This document shows positions 26,201-37,345 of a DNA stretch of 64,000 bases, one piece after another. This DNA comes from Mustelus asterias (Eukaryota). Under the pieces are notes generated by a model. That model saw only the letters and a program-made list of their open reading frames with translations, had not been told where the DNA came from and made no database searches. Every line of letters begins with the position of its first letter. The stretch's first letter is position 1. The stretch covers positions 29,884,001 to 29,948,000 of the forward strand of contig NC_135821.1 in NCBI RefSeq assembly GCF_964213995.1. Direction: 5' to 3'. Made by a program: the position numbers and the translations under genes.

Positions 26201-26848
26201 AGGTGGTGAAGAAGGCATATGGTATGCTTGCCTTTATAGGATGGGGTATAGAGTATAAAAGCTGGAGTCTGATGATGCAGCTGTATAGAACGCTGGTTAG
26301 GCCACATTTGGAGTACTGCGTCCAGTTCTGGTCGCCGCACTACCAGAAGGACGTGGAGGCATTGGAGAGAGTGCAGAGAAGGTTTACCAGGATGTTGCCT
26401 GGTATGGAGGGTCTTAGCTATGAGGAGAGATTGGGTAGACTGGGGTTGTTCTCCTTGGAAAGACGGAGAATGAGGGGAGATCTAATAGAGGTGTACAAGA
26501 TTATGAAGGGTATAGATAGGGTGAACAGTGGGAAGCTTTTTCCCAGGTCGGAGGTGACGATCACGAGGGGTCACGGGCTCAAGCTGAGAGGGGCGAAGTA
26601 TAACTCAGACATCAGAGGGACGTTTTTTACACAGAGGGTGGTGGGGGCCTGGAATGCGCTGCCAAGTAGGGTGGTGGAGGCAGGCACGCTGACATCGTTT
26701 AAGACTTACCTGGATAGTCACATGAGCAGCCTGGGAATGGAGGGATACAAACGATTGGTCTAGTTGGACCAAGGAGCGGCACAGGCTTGGAGGGCCGAAG
26801 GGCCTGTTTCCTGTGCTGTACTGTTCTTTGTTCTTTGTTCTTTGTTCT
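23266..26848 (+). mobile_element. Young 5'-truncated CR1 LINE (partial SGNH-esterase-type ORF1, ORF2, (TTCTTTG)n tail)
   Basis: ORF1 remnant GDAMVRG...HIGGNDV...DGLHLN with a frameshift near 23700. Tandem 3' tail present. Confidence 0.93.
23839..26763 (+). CDS. CR1 LINE ORF2 (APE endonuclease + reverse transcriptase), uninterrupted 974 aa
   Basis: NARS, TETW, YRPP, GDFN and SDH endonuclease motifs; QHGF, DFSKAFD, GVPQGS and FADD RT motifs. Confidence 0.96.
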   Translation: MWQGGGEQNRRSVNTEAGVELGARARLAKKMSTLEEEDLTGPGGLECICFNARSVTGKTDELRALMLVRNLDVVAVTETWLKEGQDWQLNIPGYKCFRRDRGGAKKGGGVAILVKEHITAVQRVDNLEGSCTESLWVELKNRKGAVTMLGVYYRPPNSPREVEERICQEILDRCRKNRVVVVGDFNFPGTDWKVLRAGGPDGEEFVKCVLEGSLEQYVDSPTREGAILDLVLGNEPGQVVKVSVGEHVANSDHNSVNFRIVMDKDECCPTGRVLNWGKADYSRIRQELVDVDWERMFEGKSASGMWESFKELLIRLQDRHVPVKRKDRKGRIRELWITREIEDLIKMKREAYVKSRQLKTDGALEEYRESRKDLKRGVRRAKRGHEMFLAGRIKENPKAFYSYVRNKRVVREKIGPLRDKGGELCLEPKGIGEILNEYFASVFTKERGVLTGSVSEGGVDPLEKISITREEVLGFLGNIKTDKAPGPDGIYPRLLRETRGEIAGLLTEIFVASLDTGEVPEDWRIANVVPLFKKGSRDNPGNYRPVSLTSVVGKLLERILRDRMYVHLERNNLISDRQHGFVRGRSCLTNLVEFFEEVTKKVDEGRAVDVVYMDFSKAFDKVPHGRLVKKIKAHGIQGEVARWVENWLGHRRQRVVVEGSFSGWRSVTSGVPQGSVLGPLLFVIYINDLEEGVTGVISKFADDTKMAGIADSEEHCRAIQQDIDRLENWAERWQMEFNPDKCEVMHFGRNNVGRSYTINGRVIRSIETQRDLGVQVHKSLKVATQVEKVVKKAYGMLAFIGWGIEYKSWSLMMQLYRTLVRPHLEYCVQFWSPHYQKDVEALERVQRRFTRMLPGMEGLSYEERLGRLGLFSLERRRMRGDLIEVYKIMKGIDRVNSGKLFPRSEVTITRGHGLKLRGAKYNSDIRGTFFTQRVVGAWNALPSRVVEAGTLTSFKTYLDSHMSSLGMEGYKRLV

Positions 26849-27792
26849 TAATTAGATTGTTCCGTTCTAAATACACATACATCCTGTCTCTAAGAATCCT
26901 CTCCAACAACTTCCCTACCACGGACGTCAAGCTCACCGGTCTATAATTTCCTGGGTTATCCTTGCTACCCTTCTTAAACAACGGGACCACATTCGCTATC
27001 CTCCAATCCTGGGCAAATGTAGTTTGCCCAATCTATGTGATGATTTAAGTCCAGTTAGAAGTCTCACAACACCAGGTTAAAGTCCAATACTGTGTTTACC
27101 CCAGTCCAACGCCGGCATCTCCACATCATGATTTAAGTCCCCATTGCTTACGATGTTAACCTTGTTACATACAGCATAATTTCCTGCTTTATACTCTGCC
27201 TGACGCTACAACAACAGTTAGGAGCAATGCTTCCTCTAAGATGCAGATGTTCAGAACAACTCATGCATTGAAATAAAGAGGCTGTTTGGAACTTTGTCAA
27301 ATTATAGCCACCTTTAAAATGAACGTTAAGCCATGCATAGATTTTTTAAAAAGTCATGGATAAAGGCATTTCTAACCCACCCAGTTCAAAGAAAAGTTTG
27401 AGGAAACATTGCTTAGGGAGTCATTAAGGCTCTCCCACCAATATCTTGTTGTTTCTTAATTTCTTCTAAATTAATTCTACATGTCGATTTTCTAAGTTTA
27501 AGTTTATTTATTAGTGTCACAAGGAGGCTTACATTAACACTGCAATGAAGTTACTGTGAAAACCCCCCAGTCATCACACTTCGCCACCTGTTCAGGTACA
27601 TGGAGGGAGAATTTAGCATGGCCAATGCACCTAACCAGCACGTCTTTTAGACTGTGGGAGGAAACCGGAGCACCCGGAGAAAACCCACGCAGACCCGGGG
27701 AGAACGTGCAGATTCCGCACAGATAGTGACCCAAGCTGGGAATCAAACCCGGGTCCCTGGCGCTGTGAGCAGTGCTAACAACTGTGCCAAAA

Positions 27793-29405
27793 GACATCCG
27801 GGAAATTATAGGCCAGTAAGTTTGACGTCGGTGGTGGGCAAGTTATTGGAAGGTGTGATAAGGGATAGGATCTACAAATATTTGGATAGACAGGGACTTA
27901 TTAGGGAGAGTCAACATGGCTTTGTGTGTGGTAGGTCATGTTTGACCAATCTATTAGAGTTTTTCGAGGAGGTTACCAGGAAGGTGGATGAAGGGAAGGC
28001 GGTGGATGTTGTCTACCTGGATTTTAGCAAGGCCTTTGACAAGGTCCCTCATGGGAGGTTAGTTAGGAAGGTTCAATCGCTAGGTATACATGGGGAGGTA
28101 GTAAATTGGATTAGACACTGGCTCACCTGAAGAAGGGGCTTAAGGCTCCGAAAGCTTGTGTGGCTTTTGCTACCAAATAAACCTGTTGGACTTTAACCTG
28201 GTGTTGTTAAACTTCTTTCAATGGAAGAAGCCAGAGAGTGGTTGTGGAGGATTGCTTCTCTGAGTGGAGACCTGTGACTAGTGGTGTGCCGCAGGGATCG
28301 GTGTTGGGTCCATTGTTGTTTGTCATCTATATCAATGATCTGGATGATAATGTGGTAAATTGGATCAGCAAATTTGCTGATGATACAAAGATTGGAGGTG
28401 TAGTGGACAGTGAGGAAGATTTTCAAAGCTTGCAGAGGGATTTGGACCAGCTAGAAAAATGGGCTGAAAAATGGCAAATGGAATTTAACGCAGACAAGTG
28501 TGAGATATTGCACGTTGGAAGGACAAACCAAAGAAGAACGTACAGGGTAAATGGTAGGACTCTGAAGAGTGCAGTTGAACAGAAGGATCTGGGAATACAG
28601 GTACAGAATTCCCTAAAAGCGACGTCACAGGTGGATAGGGTTGTAAAGAGTGCCTTTGGTACATTGGCCTTTATAAATCGGAGTATCGAGTATAAAAGTT
28701 GGAGTGTTATGGTAAGGTTATATAATGCATTGGTGAGGCCGAATTTAGAGTATTGTGTACAGTTTTGGTCACCTAGTTACAGGAAGGATGTAAATAAGGT
28801 TGAAAGAGTGCAGAGAAGGTTCACAAGGATGTTGTCGGGACTTGAGAAGCTGAGTTACAGAGAGAGATTGAATAGGTTGGGACTTTATTCCCTGGAGCGT
28901 AGAAAAATGAGGGGAGATTTGATGGAAACATAGAAAAAACTACAGCACAAAACAGGCCCTTCGGCCCCACAAGTTGTGCCGGGCATATCCCTACCTTTTA
29001 GGCCTACCTATAACCCTCCATCCTAATAGAAACATAATAGAGGTGTACAAGATTTTGATGGGTATAGATAGAGTGAATGTAAGCAGGCTTTTTCCACTGA
29101 GGCTAGGGGAGAAAAAACCCAGAGGCCATGGGTTAAGGGCGAAAGGAGAAAAATTTAAAGGGAATATTGGGGGGCTTCTTCATGCAGAGAGTGGTGGGAG
29201 TGTGGAATGAGCTACCGGATAAAGTGGTAAATGCAGGGTCACTTTTAACATTTAAGAAAAACTTAGACGGGTTCATGGATGAGAGGGGTGTGGAGGGATA
29301 TGGTCCAAGTGCAGGTCAGTGGGACGAGGCAAAAAATGGTTCGGCACAGACAAGAAGGGCCAAAAGGCCTGTTTCTGAGCTGTAATTTTCTATGGTTCTA
29401 TGGTT
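27793..29405 (+). mobile_element. 5'-truncated CR1 RT with a nested Penelope end (28124-28217) and an inverted CR1 tail (about 28925-29030)
   Basis: PGNYRPVSLTS, QHGF and FADD motifs; tail present. Confidence 0.9.
28124..28160 (+). ncRNA. Minimal hammerhead ribozyme (Penelope pLTR)
   Basis: cac CTGAAGA A GGGGC ttaag GCTCC GAA AGCT T gtg. Confidence 0.8.
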
Positions 29406-31077
29406 CATGCTGCCCAGAGCTAAGGTACTTTCTCTTTATTCCATTCCTTCATTGTTAGACCTGACCCTCCCCTTTTCCATTTTCCTAATTTCTTCTAAAA
29501 GTCAAAGAATCTGGAAGATTTAGTTTCCAACCTTGGTTCTGCGTTCTGCAATCACTCCTCTGTCAGGGCTAGTCGACTAAACTCACTAATCCTTTGTCTT
29601 TGCTATTAATTTATCTATTTTGTTGTAAATGCTTTGCGCCTTCAGATATGGTGCCTCTTGCTTTAGCTTTTTCTATTTTTCTCTAATGTTACCTTAGTCA
29701 CTAATACTTTCAATCAATTGGCAAATGCAGCAAGTCAATGGATGGATCAAAGTGACCATTCCACCAACAGGACTAACCGAGGAATTGGTGGATGAAAGAA
29801 ATGCGCCCAGTTCACTGCTATCATCCGAATGGTCTCAGTATTCACCGATACATAACGATGATGCTGTCCAATCATGGTCATCATATCTCTATGAATTTGT
29901 TGATCTACAACAGACCCAGAAATTGACCTAGCTGTGTGGTTGTGGGGTTTGGGAAGCAGAGGTAGTTACAATTTCCTCCTAAGCAAGTTATATTCACTAC
30001 ATGTTATGTTTCCGTGCACTTATATTCCAAAATGCTATTTTCTGAAACAAGACCGTCAAATTTGTATTGGGAACAAGATACAAATGTCTGAGGTCATGTA
30101 CCAACCGACTCAAGAACAGCTTCTTCCCTGCTGCTGTCAGACTTTTGAATGGACCTACCTTGCACTAAGTTGATCTTTCTCTACACCCGAGCTATGACTG
30201 TAATACTACATTCTGCACCCTCTCATTTCCTTCTCTATGACCGGTCTGTATAGCGCGCAAGAAACAATACTTTTCACTATATGTTAATACATATGACAGT
30301 AGTAAATCAAATCAAATCAAATCAAAAGAGAGATAAGCAGTGAGCGGCAGAAAGGAAGCCGGTGAAAGCATTCTATCCCAACCCGTTAACAAGGAGTGTT
30401 TAAAAATATCACATCCTTTTTGGAGTTGGAAGCTGCCCACTCTCTTTTGCTGTTTGTTCTCTCAAACCCTGGGATGTCCATGTTGAATTTAAACCAGTTG
30501 AACCCAAGTAAAGTTTGTTAGTGAAGTGTCCAGTGGAACCACCCCGAAGGACTAAGTGAGCAGCTCCAATTCCTGTCTTTCTAATGGTTTGACTGATACA
30601 TATTATCACCTTTACTGAACTTAACATTTACCAAGAAAGCTCCCATTACTTCTCCAATCCAATTTATATTATTTTCCTATTTTATCTCTTTTCCAATCCC
30701 GATGTTTCTTCTTGATCATTTCACGGGTGACTCAGAGGCACGGTGGCACAGTGCTTAGCACTGCTGCCTCACAGCTCCAGGGTCCTGGGTTAGATTCCCA
30801 GCTTGGGTCACTGTTTGTGTAGAGTCTGCACATTCTCCCCGTGCCTGCGTGGGTTTCCTCCGGGTGCTCCGGTTTCCTCCCACAGTCCGAAGATATGTGG
30901 GTTAGGGGCATTGGCCATGCTAAATTGCCCCTTAGTCTCCCGGGATGTATAGGTTAGAGGTATTAGCGAGGTAAATATGTGGGGTCACGGGGATGGGGCC
31001 TGGGTGGGATTGTTGTTGGTGCAGACTCGATGGGCCGAATGGCCACCTTCTGCACTGTAGGCTTTCTATGATTGCCT

Positions 31078-31493
31078 ACAGCTGCCTATTCTCACTGGAA
31101 TGACAGAGGTTGAGGGGCGTCCTGACAGAAGTCGACAAGATTATGAGGGGCATGGACAGAGTGGATGGTCTGAAGCTTTTTCCCAGGGTGGAAGAGTCAA
31201 TTACTAGGGGGCAGAGGTTTAAGGTGCGAGGGGCAAGGTTTAAAGAAGATGTACGAGGCAAGTTTTTTACACAGAGGGTGGTGGGTGCCTGGAACTTGCT
31301 GCCGGGGGAGGTAGTGGAAGCAGATACGATAGTGAGTTTTAAGGGTCATCTTGACAAATACATGAATAGGGTGGGAATAGAGGGATATGGTCCCCAGCAG
31401 GGTAGGGGTTTTTAGTTCAGTCAGGTAGCATGGTCGGTGCAGGCTTGGGGGGCTGAAGGGCCTGTTCCTGTGCTGTAATTTTCTTTGTTCTTT
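31078..31493 (+). mobile_element. CR1 3' fragment
   Basis: FFTQRVVGAWN motif and tail. Confidence 0.85.
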
Positions 31494-32345
31494 GATTGAA
31501 ATGAGTAGTGGTGCCCCATTATTCTTTAAAAGAGGAACCGTTGGATTGTCACTGGCCAAGGCTAACCATGACATCTGGGCTTGGGTGCAGACTTGTGGGA
31601 AGTTTGAGGTTTGCGAATGGACACGAGGCAATCCCTGTCCTGGGACACCCGAGTGCGGCAGTAGCCGCAGCAGTGAGCAGGGCAGTTGGAAGAGAAGGTC
31701 CTCTTGTCTGTGTGTTGTCTGGAACTGTGGGTGACCTACCTCGAGCGGGCACAGGGGCAGACCCACGATGAAATCCTCCGCATCAGCGGCCAAATGTAGA
31801 GCAGTCTGCACCTGAAGTGCAGCCAAAGGTTGAGACGCAGTCTCTTCAAGGAGTGACCAGGGGTCCTCCTTTTCTAACAAAGGGTCATCCAGACTCTCCA
31901 ATGTTGGCTCTATTCTCTCTCCACAGAATTTATCAGACCAGCTGAGTCTTTCCAGCATTTTCTGTTTTTGTTTTGGATTCAGCATTTTGCCTTTATCTCC
32001 TCTTCTCACTTCTGAAATGTATCATTTTGCAGCTCCTTATATCAAACTGCATCTACCGCCTAATCTGCATCCCCCCAGCCACTTTCTCATTATTTACCCT
32101 AATGTTAAGATTGAAGTAGGCAGTAAATTTCCATATTGTTCTAATCATGTCTTTATATCTCATGCCCTTTAAACTTATATTCTTTGTTTTCTCCCCTCCA
32201 ACCGCCTCTATCGATGTGACCCCGGGTTCAAAGTGCTATTATCTTTGCTTCCAAATCTCTGAATGTGTTTTCTCATCACATTTGCCCAAATATACTTGAT
32301 GTACTTTTTATCGTGTTCCTTCTGCTGACAAGTTCAGATATTTAC

Positions 32346-32708
32346 CTGCAAGCTTCAGTGTGGTTCCATTTCCAAAGGCTAAGATCCCATGTCGCCAGCC
32401 AGCACAGTAATAATGCCCAGCATCAGAAACATCCACTCTCTCTATCGTTAAGTTTAAACTCTGGTGATCCAGGCTCATTTTAATGGATGAGGATCTGGAA
32501 ATCTCCTCAGAAATGAAGACTTGCTTGGAGTTGATGAATGAATAGGCCAGAATGGAGGGAGGTTGCTCACCCTGCTGCTTCAGCCAGTACACATTGGTAT
32601 AATCATAAATGGCCCTGCTCTTCACAAAACATGACAGTGTCACAGTGTCTCCCAGTCTAACTGGCTGGGATCGAGCCGGCTGCAAGATCAGGTGACTACA
32701 GTCCGCAT
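32346..32708 (-). CDS. Ig superfamily V-set domain exon with germline-encoded J-like segment (VJ-type)
   Basis: Acceptor ttgctttcctgttctatccag|AT and donor GCAG|GTAAAT, 363 nt, phase 1-1. Motifs GDTVTLSC, VYWLKQ, LNLTI, DAGHYYC and FGNGTTLKL. No stops. Confidence 0.93.
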
Positions 32709-32834
32709 CTGGATAGAACAGGAAAGCAACAAGACACAGAATCAAAGGCATTTTCATTATAGAATCCCACATAATTCCCACATTATACTGTCGCAGCCTA
32801 AAGCACTCGGAAATAAGCCTAGAGTCATGCATTG

Positions 32835-33492
32835 ATCTACATCCTAGCTATGACTGTAACACTACATTCTGCACCCTCTCGTTTCCTTCTCTATGAACGG
32901 TATGCTTTATCTGTATGGCACGTAAGAAACAATACTTTTCACTGTATACTAATGTGACAATAATAAATCAAATCGTCAGCTACGACTCTCACCAACATTT
33001 ACTGATGCACCGTAGAAAGCATTCTTTCTGGTTGGATCACAGCTTGGTATGGCTCCTGCTCTGCCCAAGACTGCAAGAAACTACAAAAGGTCGCAAATGT
33101 AGCCCAATCCATCATGCAAACCAGCCTCCCATCCATTGACTCTGTCTACATTTCCCGCTGCCTCGGCAAAGCAGACAGCATAATTAAGGACCCCACGCAC
33201 CCCGGACATTCTCTCTTCCACCTTCTTCCTTCGGGAAAAAGATACAAAAGTCTGAGGTCAGGTACCAAGCAACTCAAGAACAGCTTCTTCCCTGCTGCTG
33301 TCAGACTTTTGAATGGACTTACCTTGCACTAAGTTGATCTTTCTCTACACCCTAGCTTTGACTGTAACACTACATTCTGCACTCTCTCCTTTCCTTCTCT
33401 ATGAACGGTATGCTTTGTCTGTATAGCGCAAGAAACAATACTTTTCGCTGTATGTTAATACATGTGACAATAATAAATCAAATCAAATCAAA
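32835..33492 (+). mobile_element. Two Rex1/Babar-type 3' fragments in the leader-V intron (a third lies at about 30070-30325)
   Basis: KDPTHPGH...LPSGKRY...KNSFFP; (AATCA)n tail. Confidence 0.85.
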
Positions 33493-33652
33493 GTAGAATT
33501 TTCCTCATTCGAGTTGACTAAAACTTTAGGATCTATCATTAGGATTTCCTCTGCTGTTTCCCCCACTGATCAGTAATGATGACTCTAGTTTACATCAGTG
33601 TGGAAGCAATGGAATCATCTCTGCTGCTCAAGTAAGCAGTTTCAAAACTCAC

Positions 33653-33689
33653 AGCTCTGCAGGAGAACCAGGAACAGGGGTGGCCGCAT
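33653..33689 (-). CDS. Leader (signal peptide) exon of a putative single-Ig-V-domain receptor: MRPPLFLVLLQS + phase-1 donor
   Basis: The minus strand reads gcaacATG CGG CCA CCC CTG TTC CTG GTT CTC CTG CAG AGC T|GTGAGT. Good Kozak context, hydrophobic core and consensus donor. Joins the V exon in frame to give MRPPLFLVLLQSYADC/SHLILQ. Confidence 0.75.
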
Positions 33690-35164
33690 GTTGCTCTGAC
33701 CCTGACTCCACCCTGAGCACGCCAGGCCAGGACTTGTCTTAGCTCAGGCTGGGCGAGGCACCAGTAAAATAGGTCGCGGAGACTCTCTTCTGCCCTCTCC
33801 TTCCTGTAGACGTCACGGGTTCGGAAAGTTTTAATCTCGATGCGTTCCCTCAAGTGGAAATTGCAGAACAAAAGAACGTGTTGATGACTTCAACGAGAAG
33901 CCTCTTTGATTTTTGCACAGATATCGAACAATACATCAAAGACGTGACAGCGACGAGACAGCGAGACTGGGTTCACTAGAAATGTAAAACCATCTCTCCA
34001 CACCTGAAATGAGAAGAGTAAAGGCAGTGACCCTCGGCCAGACCGCTGTGTCCATTGGCCAAATACACTTTGGAGCTGTCCTTAGTCCTGGTCTCTCTGT
34101 AACAAAAAGCGAACCCTGGAGAAGGAGGGACAAGGGTTGAAGGTCAGGGAAGATTGAAGAGCTGGGACTCAGAGAGAGGGAAGGAGAAGGCTGAAATGTG
34201 ACCTAACAATGGAGGTATTTAAACATTATGAAGGAATTCTACAGGGTGCACATAAAGATGCTTCCACTTGTGGGGAAAGCAAAACTAGAGGCTTATACAT
34301 TAGTGTCAGGGGACTAGCTAGAGTAAATGCATGGGGTTATGGGGATAGGGCCTGGGTGGGATTGTGGTTGGTGCAGACTCGATGGGCCGAATGTCTTCCT
34401 TCTGCACTGTAAGATTCTATGATTCTCTGATAGCCACTGGCAATCCAACAGGGAATTGTGAAAAACTGTCTTTACCCAGAAGAGAATGTGAGACTCGCCA
34501 CCCAGGAGGAGTGGGCATGGTGAAGAGTGTGGATTTATTTTAAAAGGATCTAGATAAATGCACAGGGGAGGAAGGATTAGGAAAAATATGTTGATGGAGT
34601 TAAGATGAAGAAGGATAGCGGGATTCTGCACAAATATCCACACAAATACACGTTCTGTAGCTGGGACAGCCGCAATGGGGGAAGGTCGCTGTCCCAAACC
34701 TTTCAGCTACCGAGAGGAGGGGAAATGGTGTAAAAGCCCCGACTATCTGCCAAACAGTGAAAATACTTTGAGAATATCAACAGTATTGGAAATGTATTGA
34801 GACCCCTCAGTGAGGAATACACTGTATGAAGGAAATTAGAATTTTATTTTACATTTTGAAATGTTTTATCTGGGACTGTGTCTCTGATCTAGATTGTATA
34901 TTCTAAATATCAAAGTGAATTACAATTGTGTAGAGGTACCTACCTACATTTGTTGTACTTCCGATAATTTTAATTTGAAATGTCTTGTCATGTACTTGGA
35001 TAAATTTGATAAATCAAGGATAATTTGAAGATATTAATGTGCCTGAGCTGTATCTATAAGAGCTGGTGGGGTGCCCTGTACATTCTCTGTCTAGCAGAGT
35101 AACAGTTACCAACTCTTAATCAGCACAGATATTGATAATGAATGTCCAATGCCTCAGATTAACT

Positions 35165-35370
35165 AGTCTCACAACACTGAGTTAAAGTCCAACAAGTGTA
35201 TTTGGTATCATGAGGTTTTGGAGCGCAGCTCCTTCCTCAGATGAGCCTCACCTGAGGAAGGAGCAGTGCTCCGAAAGCTCGTGATCCAAATAAACATGTT
35301 GGACTTTAACCCGGTGTTGTGAAGCTTCTTACTGTGCCCACCCTAGTCCAACGCTGGCATCTCCACATCA
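35165..35370. mobile_element. Palindromic Penelope pLTR remnant (inverted pair + tail)
   Basis: About 80-bp arms inverted around 35246, followed by the CCAACGCTGGCATCTCCACATCA tail. Confidence 0.85.
35248..35284 (+). ncRNA. Minimal hammerhead ribozyme (Penelope pLTR)
   Basis: tcac CTGAGGA A GGAGC agt GCTCC GAA AGCT C gtga. Confidence 0.82.
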
Positions 35371-36289
35371 GATTAACCAGACTTTGAGAGCGATGGCAAA
35401 CAGAAAGCCAACACCCCAGTGGTGACTTGCACCAATAATTCATTTATTCAGGGAAATCTTGTCTTGCCGCATTTGGAGAAAACAAATGCTCTGGGGGCTG
35501 GGGTTCATTAGGGGTCAAACGCTCTGGGGGGTCAAATCGGTTAACTAGCACCTCCCAGGAATGACCAGGTCAACATACACTCCACACAGGGTCTGGAATT
35601 TCCACATATTCCACAAGAAGTGACTGCTTAAGACAATTTCCATCACCTGATTAGCAGTAAGATATTGCAGCCATCGGGTCCAGGGTCAAGTTCTCTGTGA
35701 AAAGTTACAGTTCCGACCACCTGATCCTAGAAATAACTCGGCTGGAATGTTCCCCTGAGTCAGATCATTGTTAACATTTGGGGATCATTTAATCCACAAG
35801 TCCAAAGATGTGCGGGTTGGGTTGATTGGCCATGCTAAATTGACCCTAGTGTCAAGGGGGTTAGCGGGGTAAATATTTGGGGTTACGGGGATAGGGCCTG
35901 GGTGGGATTGTGTTCGGTGCAGGCTCGATGGGCCGAAAGAACTCCTTCTGCACTGTAGGGATTCTATGGTTCTAAGATTCTAAGTTCCAAACCAACATGG
36001 AGTCTGAGGAAAAATGGGAAGGAGCAAACGGTTCCTCCAGGAAATTCCCAGTTGCTCTGTGCATTCAGCTGAAACTCCAGTTGGTGGAGGGCATTGGGAA
36101 TGGTTGAGTTGTGGTTCTGAACCTGAAACATTAACTGTGCTTCTCTCGGCACAGATTCTGCCTAAATTGCTGAGTATTTCCAGAATGTTGTTTTTAATCT
36201 GGATTTATGTTGCATCGGCAGCAAGGATAGGTCAAAGGGAAGGGGTGCCGGTGATATTTAATATTTATTTCACACACATTAACAGAGAA

Positions 36290-36810
36290 TGCACAGAAAG
36301 CAGGATATCATTAAATTAGAAAGAGTGCAGAAGAGATTTACTAGGATGCTACCCGGACTTGATGGTTTGAGTTATAAGGTGGGGCTGGATGGACTGGGAC
36401 ATTTTTCCCTGGAGCGTAGGAGACTTAGGGGTGAACTTATAGAGGTCTATAAAATAATGAGGGACATAGATAAAGTAGCTATCAACATCTTTTCCCCGTG
36501 GTAGGGGAGTCTAAAACTAAACGGCACAGGTTTAAGGTGAGAGGGGAGAGATACAAAAGGGTCCAGAGGGGCAATTTTTTCACACAGAGCGTGGTGAGTG
36601 TCTGGAACAAGCTGCCAGAGGTAGTAGTAGAGGTGGGTACAATTTTGTCTTTTAAAAAGCGTTTAGTACAGTTACATGGGTAAGATGGGTATAGAGGGAT
36701 ATGGGCCGTACGCGGGCAAATGGGACTAACTTATTGGTAAAAACTGGGCGGCATGCACAGGTTGGGCCGAAGGGCCTGTTTCCGTGCTGTAAACCTCTGT
36801 GACTCTATGA
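36290..36810 (+). mobile_element. CR1 3' fragment
   Basis: LERVQKRFTRMLPG and FFTQ motifs. Confidence 0.85.
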
Positions 36811-37345
36811 GAGCCGGTTAGGATAAAGAATTGAAATTTATGTTCGCATGGTTGAATCTCAAGTGAATCAATTTTTACACAGATTTTCACAGTAACTTCA
36901 TTGCAGTGTTAATACTTGTGACAATAATAAATAAACTTTTTTCCTTTACCATTAAATGAGGGAGGACCTGTGATAGGGAGGGGCTGGAGGAATAGGGATT
37001 TGAGTTTAATAACCTTTGATTTAGTGACAAGACTCCTTATCTAATACCCCTCACACACGGAGCAGAAGTGGAACAAACTGAATGTGTGGCAGCTTAATTC
37101 TTAAATTACTAACCCTGCCACAATGCCGGGAATTATTTACCAATCCCCTTTGCTTTACCGGGTTAATATAACTTCTATATATTTCTCAGACATGATCCAA
37201 AGAAATGCTGATTGCCAAATACATCGTTTGTGAATGAGTCACCTCCCCCCACCCTCCCCTCTCTCCAGCGGCTGCATTATTAATTAAACCAGGGGCTGTG
37301 TTATATTCACACATTGACAGTTACAACTCCTCTGCTCATTCAGAC

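Larger units (their letters stand above)
21996..27010 (-). mobile_element. CR1 copy of the same subfamily, split by the + strand CR1 (pieces 21996-23265 and 26849-27010)
   Basis: RT ORF at 22083-23216. The sequence resumes after the nested copy (ctgtcact|...|aattagattgttcc). Confidence 0.88.
18985..29700 (-). mobile_element. Old, heavily decayed CR1 acting as host for many nested insertions
   Basis: Degenerate RT-to-APE fragments in collinear order at about 18985-19680, 19940-20135, 20440-20700, 21040-21680, 27010-27230 and 29405-29700. Confidence 0.6.

Noticed and set aside
31872-31985. Second hammerhead-like repeat family (also at about 36115 and 37990)
   Set aside because: The core is too decayed (no CTGA or GAAA) to call a ribozyme.
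32400-32650. CACAGTG/CACAGTA heptamers as RAG recombination signals
   Set aside because: They lie inside the coding exon on the antisense strand with no nonamer; V and J are already joined.
32709-32832. Apparent signal peptide MKMPLILCLVAFLFYP contiguous with the V domain
   Set aside because: Better explained as the polypyrimidine tract and acceptor of the intron. A proper leader exon exists at 33653-33689, though use of this one as an alternative start is not excluded.
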